Assembly (NCBI GenBank): GCA_958295845.1
Contig: OY282376.1
Coordinates: 507,022 to 571,021 of the forward strand
Direction of reading: 5' to 3'
Source: Caldilineaceae bacterium
GTDB lineage: Bacteria > Chloroflexota > Anaerolineae > Caldilineales > Caldilineaceae
Length of the DNA: 64,000 bases
A program made the translations under genes and the position numbers. The notes below the pieces were generated by a model that saw only the letters and a list, made by a program, of their open reading frames with translations, made no database searches and was not told the DNA's origin. Of the stretch, positions 17,906 through 27,795 are shown piece after piece. Positions within the stretch are counted from its first letter, which is position 1. Every line of letters begins with the position of its first letter.

Positions 17906-20482
17906 ATGCAAGACCAAAGAAGGAATCCACTTCGCTCAACCGCCCCGGAGACCGCGGGGCCGTCCGCCGATACCGGTATATCAGAGTTCGCCCCCGACGC
18001 GTTTGGCGATGCCGCCGCCGCTCCGGTGGACGCGCACGTGGAACCTGACGAGCAGTCCAAGGCGCACTTAGCCTATTTCCGTGAGGGGCGGCTGGTCACA
18101 CTGCTGCTGCTCGGATTCATTTATGTCATCCTGGCGCTCTCGCTCAGTAATGCCGGCTGGACCGGCGCGATGAGCATGAGCATGCTGATCGCTGTCGTCC
18201 TGGGCGCGCTGGCCATGGGCGCTCTGATCTCGTTCAGCCGCTTTGACAGCTTCTTCATGCTCTCCCATAGCTTTGCGACCGGACTGGCATGGGTGTTCTT
18301 TCTGATGACCTTCCTCGTGGAGGACGAGCAGCGTGTGCAGGCCTTTATGGAGAGGGGCATCCCCGTGCTGCAAGCCCGCGCCTATTTCCTTCTGGAGCGC
18401 TGGCTGGAATGGATCGAAGCCGCCATAAACCGGCAGGCCAGCAACGACAACGTCGTCTTCATATTCGAAATCGGCTTTCTCGTCTGGTGGCTCACCTACC
18501 TGGGTGTCTGGTCTGTCTTTCGGCACGGCCACGTCTGGCGGGGCGTCCTTATGGCCGGCATCGCGCTCCTCGTCAATACCCACTACGCGCCTGTGTCGGT
18601 GATGGGGTTCCTCGTGGCCTACTGCATCGTCGCACTGTTGCTCCTGGCCTGGGCCACGCTTGTCGACCACCGCCAGCGCTGGCGCTCTAATAGCATCTAC
18701 TTCAGCGAGGACATCAACTTCGATTTCATGCGCTCCGGCTTCATGTACACCATGGCCGTGATCGCCCTCGCCTTCATCGCGCCCAACATGGGGCGCAGTC
18801 TCCCCTTCCATGACCTGCTGCAGCCCGTCAACATGCGCTGGGAGGCGGCGATGCAGGAGTGGAACCGCCTCTATCAGGGTTTGAATCGACAGACCCGGCC
18901 GGTCCAGACAGGTTTTGGCCGCACCCTGACCCTGGGCGGCGAACGCACCGTCAGCGACCGTCTGATCATGGACGTGGAGGCGCCATCCGGGCGCTACTGG
19001 CGCGCCGTCGCTTTCGACCGTTTCACCGGCCGGCAGTGGATCAACACCGCCGAAGGCGAGAATACATTCCGTTCAAATCAGCCGATCCCGGCGAGAGAGT
19101 GGACCGCCCGCTCGCTGGTCACACAGACCGTCACGATTCGAACCCCGACCGGGAACATCCTCCTGGCCATGCCGGACGTAGTGCAGGCAAGCATTCCGCT
19201 GGCCGCGCTTCAACAGCCGCTTGACTACGTTGTCCCGGCCGATTCGGCTTCGAGCGGCCGGAGGGACTCCGAGCTAACCTGGGCGCGCTCCAGAATTACG
19301 CTGGAAGCAGGCGAAAGCTACGAGGTGGTCAGCAGCCAGACCACAGTCACCATACGCGAACTGCGTGAAGCGGGAATCGTCGAATATCCGGCAGAAAATC
19401 TTACCCGCTACCTTCAACTTCCCATCACTTTTTCACCGCGGGTAGCAGATCTGGCCGAGCAGATAATGGCCGACGAGTCCACAACCTACGACAAAGTCAA
19501 GGCCCTGGAGCAATTCCTGCGCACGTTCCCCTACGACGAAGGGATCCAGGCCCCAGACTCAGATGAGGACCCGCTGGAGTATTTCCTCTTCGACATCCAA
19601 AGCGGCTACTGCGATTACTACGCTTCGGCCATGGCGGCCATGCTGCGCAGCCAGGGGATTCCCGCGCGCGCGGCCAGCGGCTACGCCGAAGGTACCTACG
19701 ACCCGGAGATCGGATCCTATCTGGTTACGGAACGGGACGCGCATACCTGGGTCGAAGTCTACTTCCCGCCATACGGCTGGATTGAATTCGAGCCGACCGC
19801 CGGTGAAAGTATTCTCGATCGCCCTTCAGGGGTAGAACTCCAGGACAGTGGTCTGATCCCGGGTATGGATGAGATCCTGCCCGAAGACCAGGACTTTCTG
19901 TTTGATGACGCGCTGGATTTTGAAGAGGAGTTTCCCCCGGACATTGTCGGGCCCGTCACGGGTATCGGTGGTCTCCCAACTCGAGCCCCCGTCATCACAA
20001 CCAGCTTCATTCTGGTCGTTCTGACACTGCTCGCAGGTGTATGGCTTATGCGGCGCCGCATGTATCAGGGTCCCAGAACCTTTATGCAGGAACCGCAGAT
20101 CTACTATGAACGGTTGCTGAACTGGACTGGACGATTGAAGTCGCCCCGGCGTTCGCGGCAGACGCAAGGGCCAACGTTCTCGACCGACGCCCCGTACCAA
20201 CGACCGGGTGCAAGCGAAATAGCGCGGCGAGTGCCCCTCGAGCAGGCGATGACGCCCTATGAACGCGAGGCGCAGCTGGCAGAAGGTCTTCCCCAGGGCA
20301 TCCCGTTCATCCGGCGCATCATCGAAATCTACGTTCAGTTCCGCTACGCGCCGCGCCCGGAGCATCTCGCCGACGAAGTCCTGACCGAGCTGAACCACAA
20401 CTGGCGCCGGCTTCGTCCCGTGCTTCTGAAGGCCTGGCTGCGGCAAAGGTTGAACTGGCGCACCTCTGCCGGGGGCAATTAG
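17906..20482 (+). CDS. Transglutaminase-domain membrane protein (TgpA-like)
   Basis: Multi-TM N-terminal region. Cys-His-Asp core context SGYCDYYASAMAAMLRSQGIPAR ... ERDAHTWVEVYFPPYGWIEFEPT. The start could also be 17840. Confidence 0.85.
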   Translation: MQDQRRNPLRSTAPETAGPSADTGISEFAPDAFGDAAAAPVDAHVEPDEQSKAHLAYFREGRLVTLLLLGFIYVILALSLSNAGWTGAMSMSMLIAVVLGALAMGALISFSRFDSFFMLSHSFATGLAWVFFLMTFLVEDEQRVQAFMERGIPVLQARAYFLLERWLEWIEAAINRQASNDNVVFIFEIGFLVWWLTYLGVWSVFRHGHVWRGVLMAGIALLVNTHYAPVSVMGFLVAYCIVALLLLAWATLVDHRQRWRSNSIYFSEDINFDFMRSGFMYTMAVIALAFIAPNMGRSLPFHDLLQPVNMRWEAAMQEWNRLYQGLNRQTRPVQTGFGRTLTLGGERTVSDRLIMDVEAPSGRYWRAVAFDRFTGRQWINTAEGENTFRSNQPIPAREWTARSLVTQTVTIRTPTGNILLAMPDVVQASIPLAALQQPLDYVVPADSASSGRRDSELTWARSRITLEAGESYEVVSSQTTVTIRELREAGIVEYPAENLTRYLQLPITFSPRVADLAEQIMADESTTYDKVKALEQFLRTFPYDEGIQAPDSDEDPLEYFLFDIQSGYCDYYASAMAAMLRSQGIPARAASGYAEGTYDPEIGSYLVTERDAHTWVEVYFPPYGWIEFEPTAGESILDRPSGVELQDSGLIPGMDEILPEDQDFLFDDALDFEEEFPPDIVGPVTGIGGLPTRAPVITTSFILVVLTLLAGVWLMRRRMYQGPRTFMQEPQIYYERLLNWTGRLKSPRRSRQTQGPTFSTDAPYQRPGASEIARRVPLEQAMTPYEREAQLAEGLPQGIPFIRRIIEIYVQFRYAPRPEHLADEVLTELNHNWRRLRPVLLKAWLRQRLNWRTSAGGN

Positions 20483-20532
20483 AGGAGTTGTCGATACCGT
20501 CTTGCACAGTTGCCGGCAACCGGTAACCGCAA

Positions 20533-21186
20533 TTAACCGGGACGGGCCGCTCCCGTTGGGCGCAGGAGGACCACCTGTGTCTCTTCCGGCAGGCTGCTCT
20601 TTGTCAGCTTGAGGGTATCCGTAACTTCCGGGTCGCTGATGCCCAACTCGTTCAGAAAACGATCCACGGGCTCCAGGGATTCGGACTGCTCGCTGCGTAG
20701 ACCTTCGTGGCGGTATTGCATCGGTACGACGATGCGCGGGTCCAACTGGCTGATCACTTCGGCAATGCGCGAAATGTCGGGTATGTGCGGTCCGCTCACC
20801 GGCGCCAGCAGCACGTCGATATCACCCAGCTCCTCCCCGCCGGCGCTGGCCGGAACCTGTCCCAGCTCTCCCAGATGGCCGATCGTGAGACCGGCGAAAT
20901 CCAGGAAAAAAGCGACGTTGCGCGTGCCGTTTCGTGAGGTCGACATGCCGGTCACCAGCACCTGCTTGACTTCGAAGTCACCGGGGCCTCGCAGTACTTT
21001 TGGCTTGCCGCCGACATTGCCTCTCTCCTCGAAACTGGCGGACGAGTCATTGCTGATGGTCACAATATCGGCCTGCATTTTGGGCAGCTGAATGCCCGTC
21101 GCCTTCCTGTTTAACGGGTCACAGATCGCGGTGACGCGACGCTCTCGCAGTCGAAAGCAGGAGAAACCGTACCAGTTGATGTCCAA
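20533..21186 (-). CDS. MBL-fold (Lactamase_B_3/UPF0173-like) protein lacking the HxHxDH metal motif
   Basis: Family-like MDINWYGFSCFRL ... ICDP ... ADIVTISNDSSAS ... IGHLGELG ... VVPMQYRHEG. The histidines of the canonical motif are replaced. Confidence 0.7.
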   Translation of the reverse strand: MDINWYGFSCFRLRERRVTAICDPLNRKATGIQLPKMQADIVTISNDSSASFEERGNVGGKPKVLRGPGDFEVKQVLVTGMSTSRNGTRNVAFFLDFAGLTIGHLGELGQVPASAGGEELGDIDVLLAPVSGPHIPDISRIAEVISQLDPRIVVPMQYRHEGLRSEQSESLEPVDRFLNELGISDPEVTDTLKLTKSSLPEETQVVLLRPTGAARPG

Positions 21187-21567
21187 AGTCCTGTCCTTTC
21201 ATAAACGCTAACAAATCCCTGTGAGCCGCAAGAGTTCGCTCTCTGTGCAAGGCAGTGCTCCGGCGCCCGAAGCCAGCGTCCCACACTCTTGAATCGCGCC
21301 CGCAACCCATAGCGATATTACATCACGAGTTTTGGCCCTCGCCAAAGCGAGCGGCATCTTCACCGTCTGCATTCAGACCTGCAAGCGGCCCTCCGGCTGC
21401 TCCAATGGCTGTCTCGGCCCGGTAGGGCTTCGCTTTGCGCAATGCTTGCCGTGGCACTATCATACCGTTCTTACGCAACCGGCTTTCAGCGGTCACCCGC
21501 TTGGCCGCTCCAGGAGCCGGAGACCCATATTAACGCCTATGGGTTTGACTAGCCGGAGAAACGCCTT

Positions 21568-22167
21568 ATGAACGAACAAACGGTGCGCCAGGTGGTCACG
21601 GCCCGCTTCTATGAGTCGCTGGCCCAGAGCGGCGTCGAAGTCACCGCCATCCCTCAACCCCAGCTGCAGGCCATCGTAAACGCGCTGGCCGACGGCGTCT
21701 TTGCGGCCCTCGACGCTATGGAAACCGAAGCCGATCATGCCATCGCCGAAACCAGTTCGCGCGCCGATGACCCAGGGGCGGGCAAAACAGCAGACCCTGC
21801 ACCGGAATCCTCTGCTGCCATCGCCGACCACCCCGAAAAAGAGGAGCTGCTCTGGTCCGGCCGGCCCTACCTCTCTATCGGCACCCGCTATGAACTGACC
21901 ACCCAACGGGTGCGGCTCATCCGCGGCCTGCTCGGCCGCAATTACCACGAGATCGAGCTGGTGCGCGTGCGCGATACGTCGGTGAATCAGCATCTGGGCG
22001 AAAGGGCACTGAATGTGGGTGATATCACAATTACAAGCAACGATCCCAGCCATCCTGAATTCACTCTCCAAAACGTTAAAGATCCGATGGAGGTGCGCGA
22101 GATGATCCGTCAGGCCACTATGAAGGAAAAGCAGCGGCGCGGCCTCCACTTCCGCGAGGAGATGTAG
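21568..22167 (+). CDS. Bacterial PH-domain (bPH_2/YdbS-like) protein
   Basis: C-terminal LLWSGRPYLS ... ITITSND ... FTLQNVKDPMEVREMI pattern; acidic N-terminal region. Confidence 0.6.
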   Translation: MNEQTVRQVVTARFYESLAQSGVEVTAIPQPQLQAIVNALADGVFAALDAMETEADHAIAETSSRADDPGAGKTADPAPESSAAIADHPEKEELLWSGRPYLSIGTRYELTTQRVRLIRGLLGRNYHEIELVRVRDTSVNQHLGERALNVGDITITSNDPSHPEFTLQNVKDPMEVREMIRQATMKEKQRRGLHFREEM

Positions 22168-22169
22168 CG

Positions 22170-23039
22170 GTGACCGTCACGGAAACTTCAGGTCGGACGC
22201 AACGCGAGGAAGAGGAGATGCCGGTCGCGAAAACGCCTCTCTTCGACCTGGCCCTTCAGGCCGGCGAACTGGCCTTGTCGATGCAACGGGATGGCCTGCG
22301 CTCCATCCACGCCAAGTCAACGCCCAATGACCTCGTCACCGAGGCCGACCTGGCCTGCGAGACACTGATTCGCGACCGCCTGGCCGCCCTCACGCCCGAT
22401 TTCGGCTTCTGGGGCGAAGAGAGCGATGAACGGCCGCATGACGAATATTTTTGGCTGGTGGATCCCATCGACGGTACCATCAACTTCGCCTCCGGGGTGC
22501 CCTGGTTCGGCATCAACATCGCCCTCATCCATAGTGAGAAGACCTTGTTTGGTCTCTCGCTGATTCTGCCGCAGTTCGATCTCTTCTGGGCGCAGGCCGG
22601 TCAGGGCGCCTATCTGCGCCGCCGCAACGGCGAGCAGAGGCGCCTGCAGGTTAGCCAGGCCACCACACTGGCCGACGCGCTGCTGACAACCGGCTTCCCC
22701 TACCACCGCGGCGAGAACGATGACAACAACGCGGCGGAATTCGCCCGCATCATGCCGATCTGCCGCGGCGTGCGTCGGATGGGCGCCTCTTCGGCCGACC
22801 TGGCCTATGTGGCCGCCGGCGCATTCTCAGCCTACTGGGAGGGATGGATCCAACCCTGGGATGTCGCCGCCGGCGTCCTGCTTGTGCACGAGGCCGGCGG
22901 TCTCGTCACCAACTACGACGGCGCGCCCTACGGTCTGGCCGACCATTGCATCATCGCCAGCAACGGCCAGGCGGGCGTTCACAATTCACTGTTGCAGGCA
23001 ATTCAAGAGGCTCGTTCAGGGAAGTTCGACCAAGACTGA
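22170..23039 (+). CDS. Inositol monophosphatase family protein
   Basis: WLVDPIDGTINF and WDVAAGVLLVHEAGG motifs. GTG start at 22170, or ATG at 22218. Confidence 0.85.
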   Translation: MTVTETSGRTQREEEEMPVAKTPLFDLALQAGELALSMQRDGLRSIHAKSTPNDLVTEADLACETLIRDRLAALTPDFGFWGEESDERPHDEYFWLVDPIDGTINFASGVPWFGINIALIHSEKTLFGLSLILPQFDLFWAQAGQGAYLRRRNGEQRRLQVSQATTLADALLTTGFPYHRGENDDNNAAEFARIMPICRGVRRMGASSADLAYVAAGAFSAYWEGWIQPWDVAAGVLLVHEAGGLVTNYDGAPYGLADHCIIASNGQAGVHNSLLQAIQEARSGKFDQD

Positions 23040-23815
23040 TGGAAAGGCCAGGACAGATGGACAAGAATTCAGTGCAAGAGCAGTTCGGCGCCCATGCCCG
23101 GACCTATATCACCAGCCGGCCCCACGCAAAGGGCGCCAGCCTGCAGCGGCTGGTCGAACTGGTTGAGCCGCAGCCGGACTGGCAAGCGCTGGACATCGCC
23201 ACCGCCGCCGGCCACACCGCCTTCGCCTTTGCCCCCCACGTAGCCCACGTCCTGGCGACCGACATCACCGCGGAGATGCTGACCGTCGCCCGCGAACAGG
23301 TTGCAGCGCGCGGCGTCGACAACGTGACCGTCGAGCACGCCGACGCCGAAAACCTGCCCTATGCGGACGGCCGCTTCGACCTGCTCACCTGCCGCATCGC
23401 GCCCCATCACTTTCCCGACATCAGCGCTTTCCTGCGCGAGTCTGTGCGCGTGTTGCGTCCCGGCGGCATCCTCGCGGTTGTGGACAACGTCGTGCCGGAA
23501 GGCGTCGCGGGCGACTATGTCAACGCCTACGAAAAACTGCGCGATCCCAGCCATGGCCGCTGCCTCAGCATGGCGGAGTGGCTGGAAGGCTACTCGCAGG
23601 CCGGCCTTGAACTGACCCAGCACGAAATCCTCGAAAAACAGATGGTTTTCGAGGATTGGGCTGCGCGCCACAACCCGGTGATGCAGTCCTATCTGCGCGC
23701 ACTCCTCTTGCACGGCCCACAGGAAACGCAGGCGTTCCTCCATCCCCGAAGCGAGGACGGCCGGACCCTCTTTCACCTGCAGGAAGGGCTGTTCATCGGG
23801 CGAAAACAGAGCTAG
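23039..23815 (+). CDS. Class I SAM-dependent methyltransferase (Methyltransf_11 type)
   Basis: ATG overlaps the preceding stop (cTGATGg). Motif I ALDIATAAGHTA; LRPGGILAVVD. The tracked 22844 start is an out-of-context extension. Confidence 0.8.
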   Translation: MERPGQMDKNSVQEQFGAHARTYITSRPHAKGASLQRLVELVEPQPDWQALDIATAAGHTAFAFAPHVAHVLATDITAEMLTVAREQVAARGVDNVTVEHADAENLPYADGRFDLLTCRIAPHHFPDISAFLRESVRVLRPGGILAVVDNVVPEGVAGDYVNAYEKLRDPSHGRCLSMAEWLEGYSQAGLELTQHEILEKQMVFEDWAARHNPVMQSYLRALLLHGPQETQAFLHPRSEDGRTLFHLQEGLFIGRKQS

Positions 23816-23983
23816 TCCGCTAGAGCCCTTTTGCCCCCTTTGCTTTGCTCATTCCCCTGTTATGCAGTAGGCTTACCTTCAGAAAATTGATAATCAAGGA
23901 TGTTCGTGTCGGCAGGCCACAGGCGCCTCCGCTCCGCGAACATATTCAGAGTTGAAAGTAATTCCCGATTCGAAGGAATCCCC

Positions 23984-25408
23984 ATGACGAAAATACGCTT
24001 TGGCACCGATGGCTGGCGCGGACGCATGGCCGAAGACTACACCTTTGCCAATGTGCGCCGCTGTGCCCAAGGCTTTGCTAACTGGCTTTCGGACGAGGGC
24101 CATGCCTCCCAAACGGTCGTTGTCGGACACGACCAACGCTTTCAAGGTGAACACTTCGCCGCCGCGGTGGCGGAGGTGCTGGCTGGCAACGGCCTCCAGG
24201 TCCTGTTGATCGACGGCGCCTCGCCGACACCTGTGATCAGCTTCGCTGCCGTCAACAACAACGCCGTCGGCGCCGTGAACATCACCGCCAGCCACAATCC
24301 GCCCGAGGACAACGGCTTCAAAGTGCGCGACGCCAGCGGCGGCGCGGTGCCGCCGGATGGACTGGCCGCCATCGAAGCCCGCATCCCCGACTCGGACGGC
24401 GTACGGAGCACGCCTCTCGACGCGGCCCTCGCCGCCGGCACAGTGCGCCGCCACCAGCCGCAGGCCGCCTATCTCGCCCAACTGTCCAGCCTCATCGACG
24501 TGACAGGCATCCGCGACGCCGGTCTCAAAATCGTTGTCGACAGCATGTGGGGCAACGGCGCCGGCTGGTTGACCGAAATCCTCGGCGGCGGCAAGACCGA
24601 AGTTATCGAAATCCACGCGCAGCGCAATCCGACCTTTCCCGAAATGGACCGCCCCGAGCCGATTCCCCCCAATGTGGACGCCGGCCTGGCCGTCGCCCGC
24701 TCCGTGGAAGCCGACTGTATCTGCATTCTCGACGGTGACGCCGACCGCTGCGGCTTCGGCGATGAGAACGGCCAGTTCGTCGATCAGCTGCGCGTCTACG
24801 GGCTGCTCGCCTACTACCTGCTTGAACTGCGCGGCGAACGCGGACCGATAGTCAAAACCCTCAGCACGACCTCGATGCTGGATAAGCTGTGCGCGGCCTA
24901 CGACGTGCCCGTTGTCGAGACCGGCGTCGGCTTCAAATTCGTGGCGCCGGCGATGCTGGAGCACGATGCGATTATCGGCGGCGAGGAGAGCGGCGGCTAC
25001 GCCTTTCGCGGCCACGTGCCGGAGAGAGACGGCATCCTCTCCAATCTCTGCCTGCTGGACCTGATGGTGCGCACCGGCAAGAAGCCGACCGAGCTGCTTC
25101 AGCTCCTATTTGAAAAGGTCGGCGAGCACTATTACGACCGGGTCGACATCCGCCTGACCGGCGAGGATATGAAGGCCGCAGCCCAGCAAAGACTCGACAA
25201 CGTCGATATCACCGGGCTAAAGCTGGGCGGCATCGCCGTCACCGACCGCATCACCGTCGACGGCTACAAGTTCCCGATGGAAGATGGCGGCTGGTTGCTG
25301 GTGCGCTTCTCCGGCACTGAACCCTTGATCCGGATCTACACGGAGACAACCAGCAAGGAAAAGGTGGCAGCGATCCTGGCCGATGGCCAAAAGCTGGCAG
25401 GGCTGTAA
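23984..25408 (+). CDS. Phosphoglucomutase/phosphomannomutase family protein
   Basis: [13 protein letters not shown] start, active-site loop [14 protein letters not shown], metal loop LDGDADR. Confidence 0.9.
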   Translation: MTKIRFGTDGWRGRMAEDYTFANVRRCAQGFANWLSDEGHASQTVVVGHDQRFQGEHFAAAVAEVLAGNGLQVLLIDGASPTPVISFAAVNNNAVGAVNITASHNPPEDNGFKVRDASGGAVPPDGLAAIEARIPDSDGVRSTPLDAALAAGTVRRHQPQAAYLAQLSSLIDVTGIRDAGLKIVVDSMWGNGAGWLTEILGGGKTEVIEIHAQRNPTFPEMDRPEPIPPNVDAGLAVARSVEADCICILDGDADRCGFGDENGQFVDQLRVYGLLAYYLLELRGERGPIVKTLSTTSMLDKLCAAYDVPVVETGVGFKFVAPAMLEHDAIIGGEESGGYAFRGHVPERDGILSNLCLLDLMVRTGKKPTELLQLLFEKVGEHYYDRVDIRLTGEDMKAAAQQRLDNVDITGLKLGGIAVTDRITVDGYKFPMEDGGWLLVRFSGTEPLIRIYTETTSKEKVAAILADGQKLAGL

Positions 25409-25609
25409 TTGAAAGCCTTCGCAGAGGACAGAGAACACCCCACAATTCCCCCGGTCTGACAGTTCGCCGCTATGACCTCTGACTCGCTTTTATCCAGCGC
25501 TGATATGTGATAAAATTAACAAATAGCGTATGCCAGAAAAAGCCATTTGCCCCCCCTTTGAAAGGAACAGCAAAGCCGGATGCGCGTCCACATCGCCAGT
25601 TGAGCGCCA

Positions 25610-26473
25610 ATGACTGTTCCGACGCTGGTCGACAGCCACTGCCATCTGGACATGGAGCAGTTCGATGCCGACCGGGACGCCGTGCTGGCCCGGGCGCAAG
25701 CAAACGGTGTGATCAGAATCGTCAATCCTGGCGTCGACCTGGTCCATTGCCGGCAGGCAATCGCACTGGCCGACCAGCATCCGCAGGTGTACGCTGCGGT
25801 GGGAATCCACCCCAATAGCAGCGCCGATTTCAGCGAACAGACGCTGATTCAGTTGCGCAAGATGTCCGATCATCCCAAGGTTGTCGCTATCGGAGAAATC
25901 GGACTCGACTATCATTGGGACACCGTCTCCCGCCAACAGCAGGCACAGGCATTTCGAGCGCAGCTGGAACTGGCCGCCGAACTGGGTCTCCCGGTCATTA
26001 TCCATAACCGCGAGGCATCAACCGACCTGGCGCGGATCCTGGAGGAGTGGACGGCCAGCGCGCGCACGCGCAATTCCCCTTTGGCAGAGAAGCCGTTTTG
26101 GGGCGTGCTCCACGCATTCTCCGGTGACGCTGCACTGGCGCAAGCGGCCCGCGGTTGGAACTTCGCCCTCGGCTTAGGCGGTCCAGTTACATTCAGGAAC
26201 GCACGGGCACTGCACGAACTGGCCCCGCAGCTGGATCTCGACCGCCTGATGCTCGAAACTGACGCGCCCTGGCTGACGCCGCATCCAATGCGGGGCAAGC
26301 GCAACGAACCCGCGTATGTGGCTCTGGTGGCCGAGAGGCTGGCCGAACTCCTGGCAATGCCAGTGGAGGAGATAGGGGCCCGCACGACCGCAGTCGCCTG
26401 CTCGATCTTTGCGCCGCTGTCTGGTGACGAAAGTCCGGAACCAGTTGCGGCCGCTGCCAGCGGGCCATCGTAA
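25610..26473 (+). CDS. TatD-family metal-dependent hydrolase
   Basis: LVDSHCHLD at the N-terminus; [10 protein letters not shown]; ETDAPWLTP. Confidence 0.85.
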   Translation: MTVPTLVDSHCHLDMEQFDADRDAVLARAQANGVIRIVNPGVDLVHCRQAIALADQHPQVYAAVGIHPNSSADFSEQTLIQLRKMSDHPKVVAIGEIGLDYHWDTVSRQQQAQAFRAQLELAAELGLPVIIHNREASTDLARILEEWTASARTRNSPLAEKPFWGVLHAFSGDAALAQAARGWNFALGLGGPVTFRNARALHELAPQLDLDRLMLETDAPWLTPHPMRGKRNEPAYVALVAERLAELLAMPVEEIGARTTAVACSIFAPLSGDESPEPVAAAASGPS

Positions 26474-26505
26474 TCTGCCGCATGAACGCTCTGTGACGCT
26501 TTTTC

Positions 26506-27717
26506 ATGGTTGACCAGGTTCAAGTCGAACAACTTACCGATACGGAAACGAGACCCTCGGCGCAGGATAGGCCGCAGTTGATGCCGCGCTCGGGCCCCCT
26601 CGATGCGCTTGAAGAGTTCGCGCACGAGTATTTCCGCCGCGCGCTGTTGGCGCCGCAGGACGCGTCGGCGCTGCTGGCGCCGGTACGCGCGGGGCTTGAA
26701 CAGGTCGAAGACAAGATGAAGAGCGTTGACGCCGACGTGTTCGCGCCCCTGGCCAACGCCTTCCTTGAACTGATCGGCCAGGGCGGGAAACGGTTGCGGC
26801 CTGCGCTGGCCCTGCTGGCCGCAGGGCTGCATGACGGAAACCCCGAGCTTAACAACGTCCGTCCCAATGCTGACGGAAAGCCAACGGGCCCCGATGAGGA
26901 CCGCCACCAGCACACACTCATCGCCCTGGCTGCGGCTGTCGAGATGCTGCACACCGCCACGCTCGTCCACGACGATGTCATCGACGGCGCGCTGCTGCGC
27001 CGTGACGCGCCCACGCTCAACGCCTCCTGGAGCGCGGGGGCCACAGTTCTTGCCGGCGACTACATGTTCGCCCGCTCCGCCCAGTTCGCCGCCGAAACCG
27101 GCAACGTACGCGTCATCACCATCTTCAGCGATACCCTGCGCGTGATCGTTGACGGCGAAATGCGCCAGCTCTCCGATCGCGACGATTTTCGCCAGGACCG
27201 CCAGGCCTACTACCAGCGCATCTATGCCAAGACGGCCAGTCTCTACAGCGCCGCTACCGAATCTGCCGCGGTCCTGGTCGGCCTGCCGCCGGACCGGGTC
27301 CAGGCGCTGAAATCCTTCGGCTACCAGTTCGGGATGGCCTTCCAGATCGTGGACGACATCCTCGACTTTGCCGGCACCGACGCCACTCTGGGCAAGCCCG
27401 TTGGCAGCGACCTGCGCCAGGGTACCCTGACACTGCCGTTCCTCTACTACCTGCGCGAACTGCCGCAGCCGCAAAAGGTCGTGTCCCGGCTGCTCCACGC
27501 CAGGGAGCGCGCCGATGCCGGCGACCCCAGCATCCTGTCCACAACCGTGCAGGAGATCGTTCAGGCCGTGTGCGCAAGCGGCGCTATCGAAGCCTCCCAT
27601 CAGGAAGCCCTCGGCTTTCTCGATCACGCGGTTCACGACTTGGCTCCTTTCAATGACAACCTCTGCCAGCGATCGCTTCTGGGCCTCTGCGCCTTTGTTG
27701 TGCAGCGCAGCAGCTGA
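26506..27717 (+). CDS. Polyprenyl diphosphate synthase (long-chain trans-IPPS family)
   Basis: First DDxxD in LVHDDVIDGALLRR, second in FQIVDDILDF. Extra ~25-aa segment (NPELNNVRPNADGKPTGPDEDRHQH) before the first motif. Confidence 0.85.
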   Translation: MVDQVQVEQLTDTETRPSAQDRPQLMPRSGPLDALEEFAHEYFRRALLAPQDASALLAPVRAGLEQVEDKMKSVDADVFAPLANAFLELIGQGGKRLRPALALLAAGLHDGNPELNNVRPNADGKPTGPDEDRHQHTLIALAAAVEMLHTATLVHDDVIDGALLRRDAPTLNASWSAGATVLAGDYMFARSAQFAAETGNVRVITIFSDTLRVIVDGEMRQLSDRDDFRQDRQAYYQRIYAKTASLYSAATESAAVLVGLPPDRVQALKSFGYQFGMAFQIVDDILDFAGTDATLGKPVGSDLRQGTLTLPFLYYLRELPQPQKVVSRLLHARERADAGDPSILSTTVQEIVQAVCASGAIEASHQEALGFLDHAVHDLAPFNDNLCQRSLLGLCAFVVQRSS

Positions 27718-27795
27718 ATCGACACCGCCAGCGGTCAGAGATCAGCGGCCATCCCTGCGCAACGCCCGCCAACCGGCCTCCAGCCACTAGCAAAC

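Noticed and set aside
23894-25015. 373-aa ORF on the minus strand
   Set aside because: Antisense to the phosphoglucomutase-family gene, which has the TASHNP active-site loop. It is a GC-skew artefact.
25912-27636. 574-aa ORF on the minus strand
   Set aside because: It lies entirely antisense to the TatD and polyprenyl synthase genes, which carry clear family motifs. Its Arg/Ala/Gly-rich composition is typical of spurious antisense frames in GC-rich DNA.
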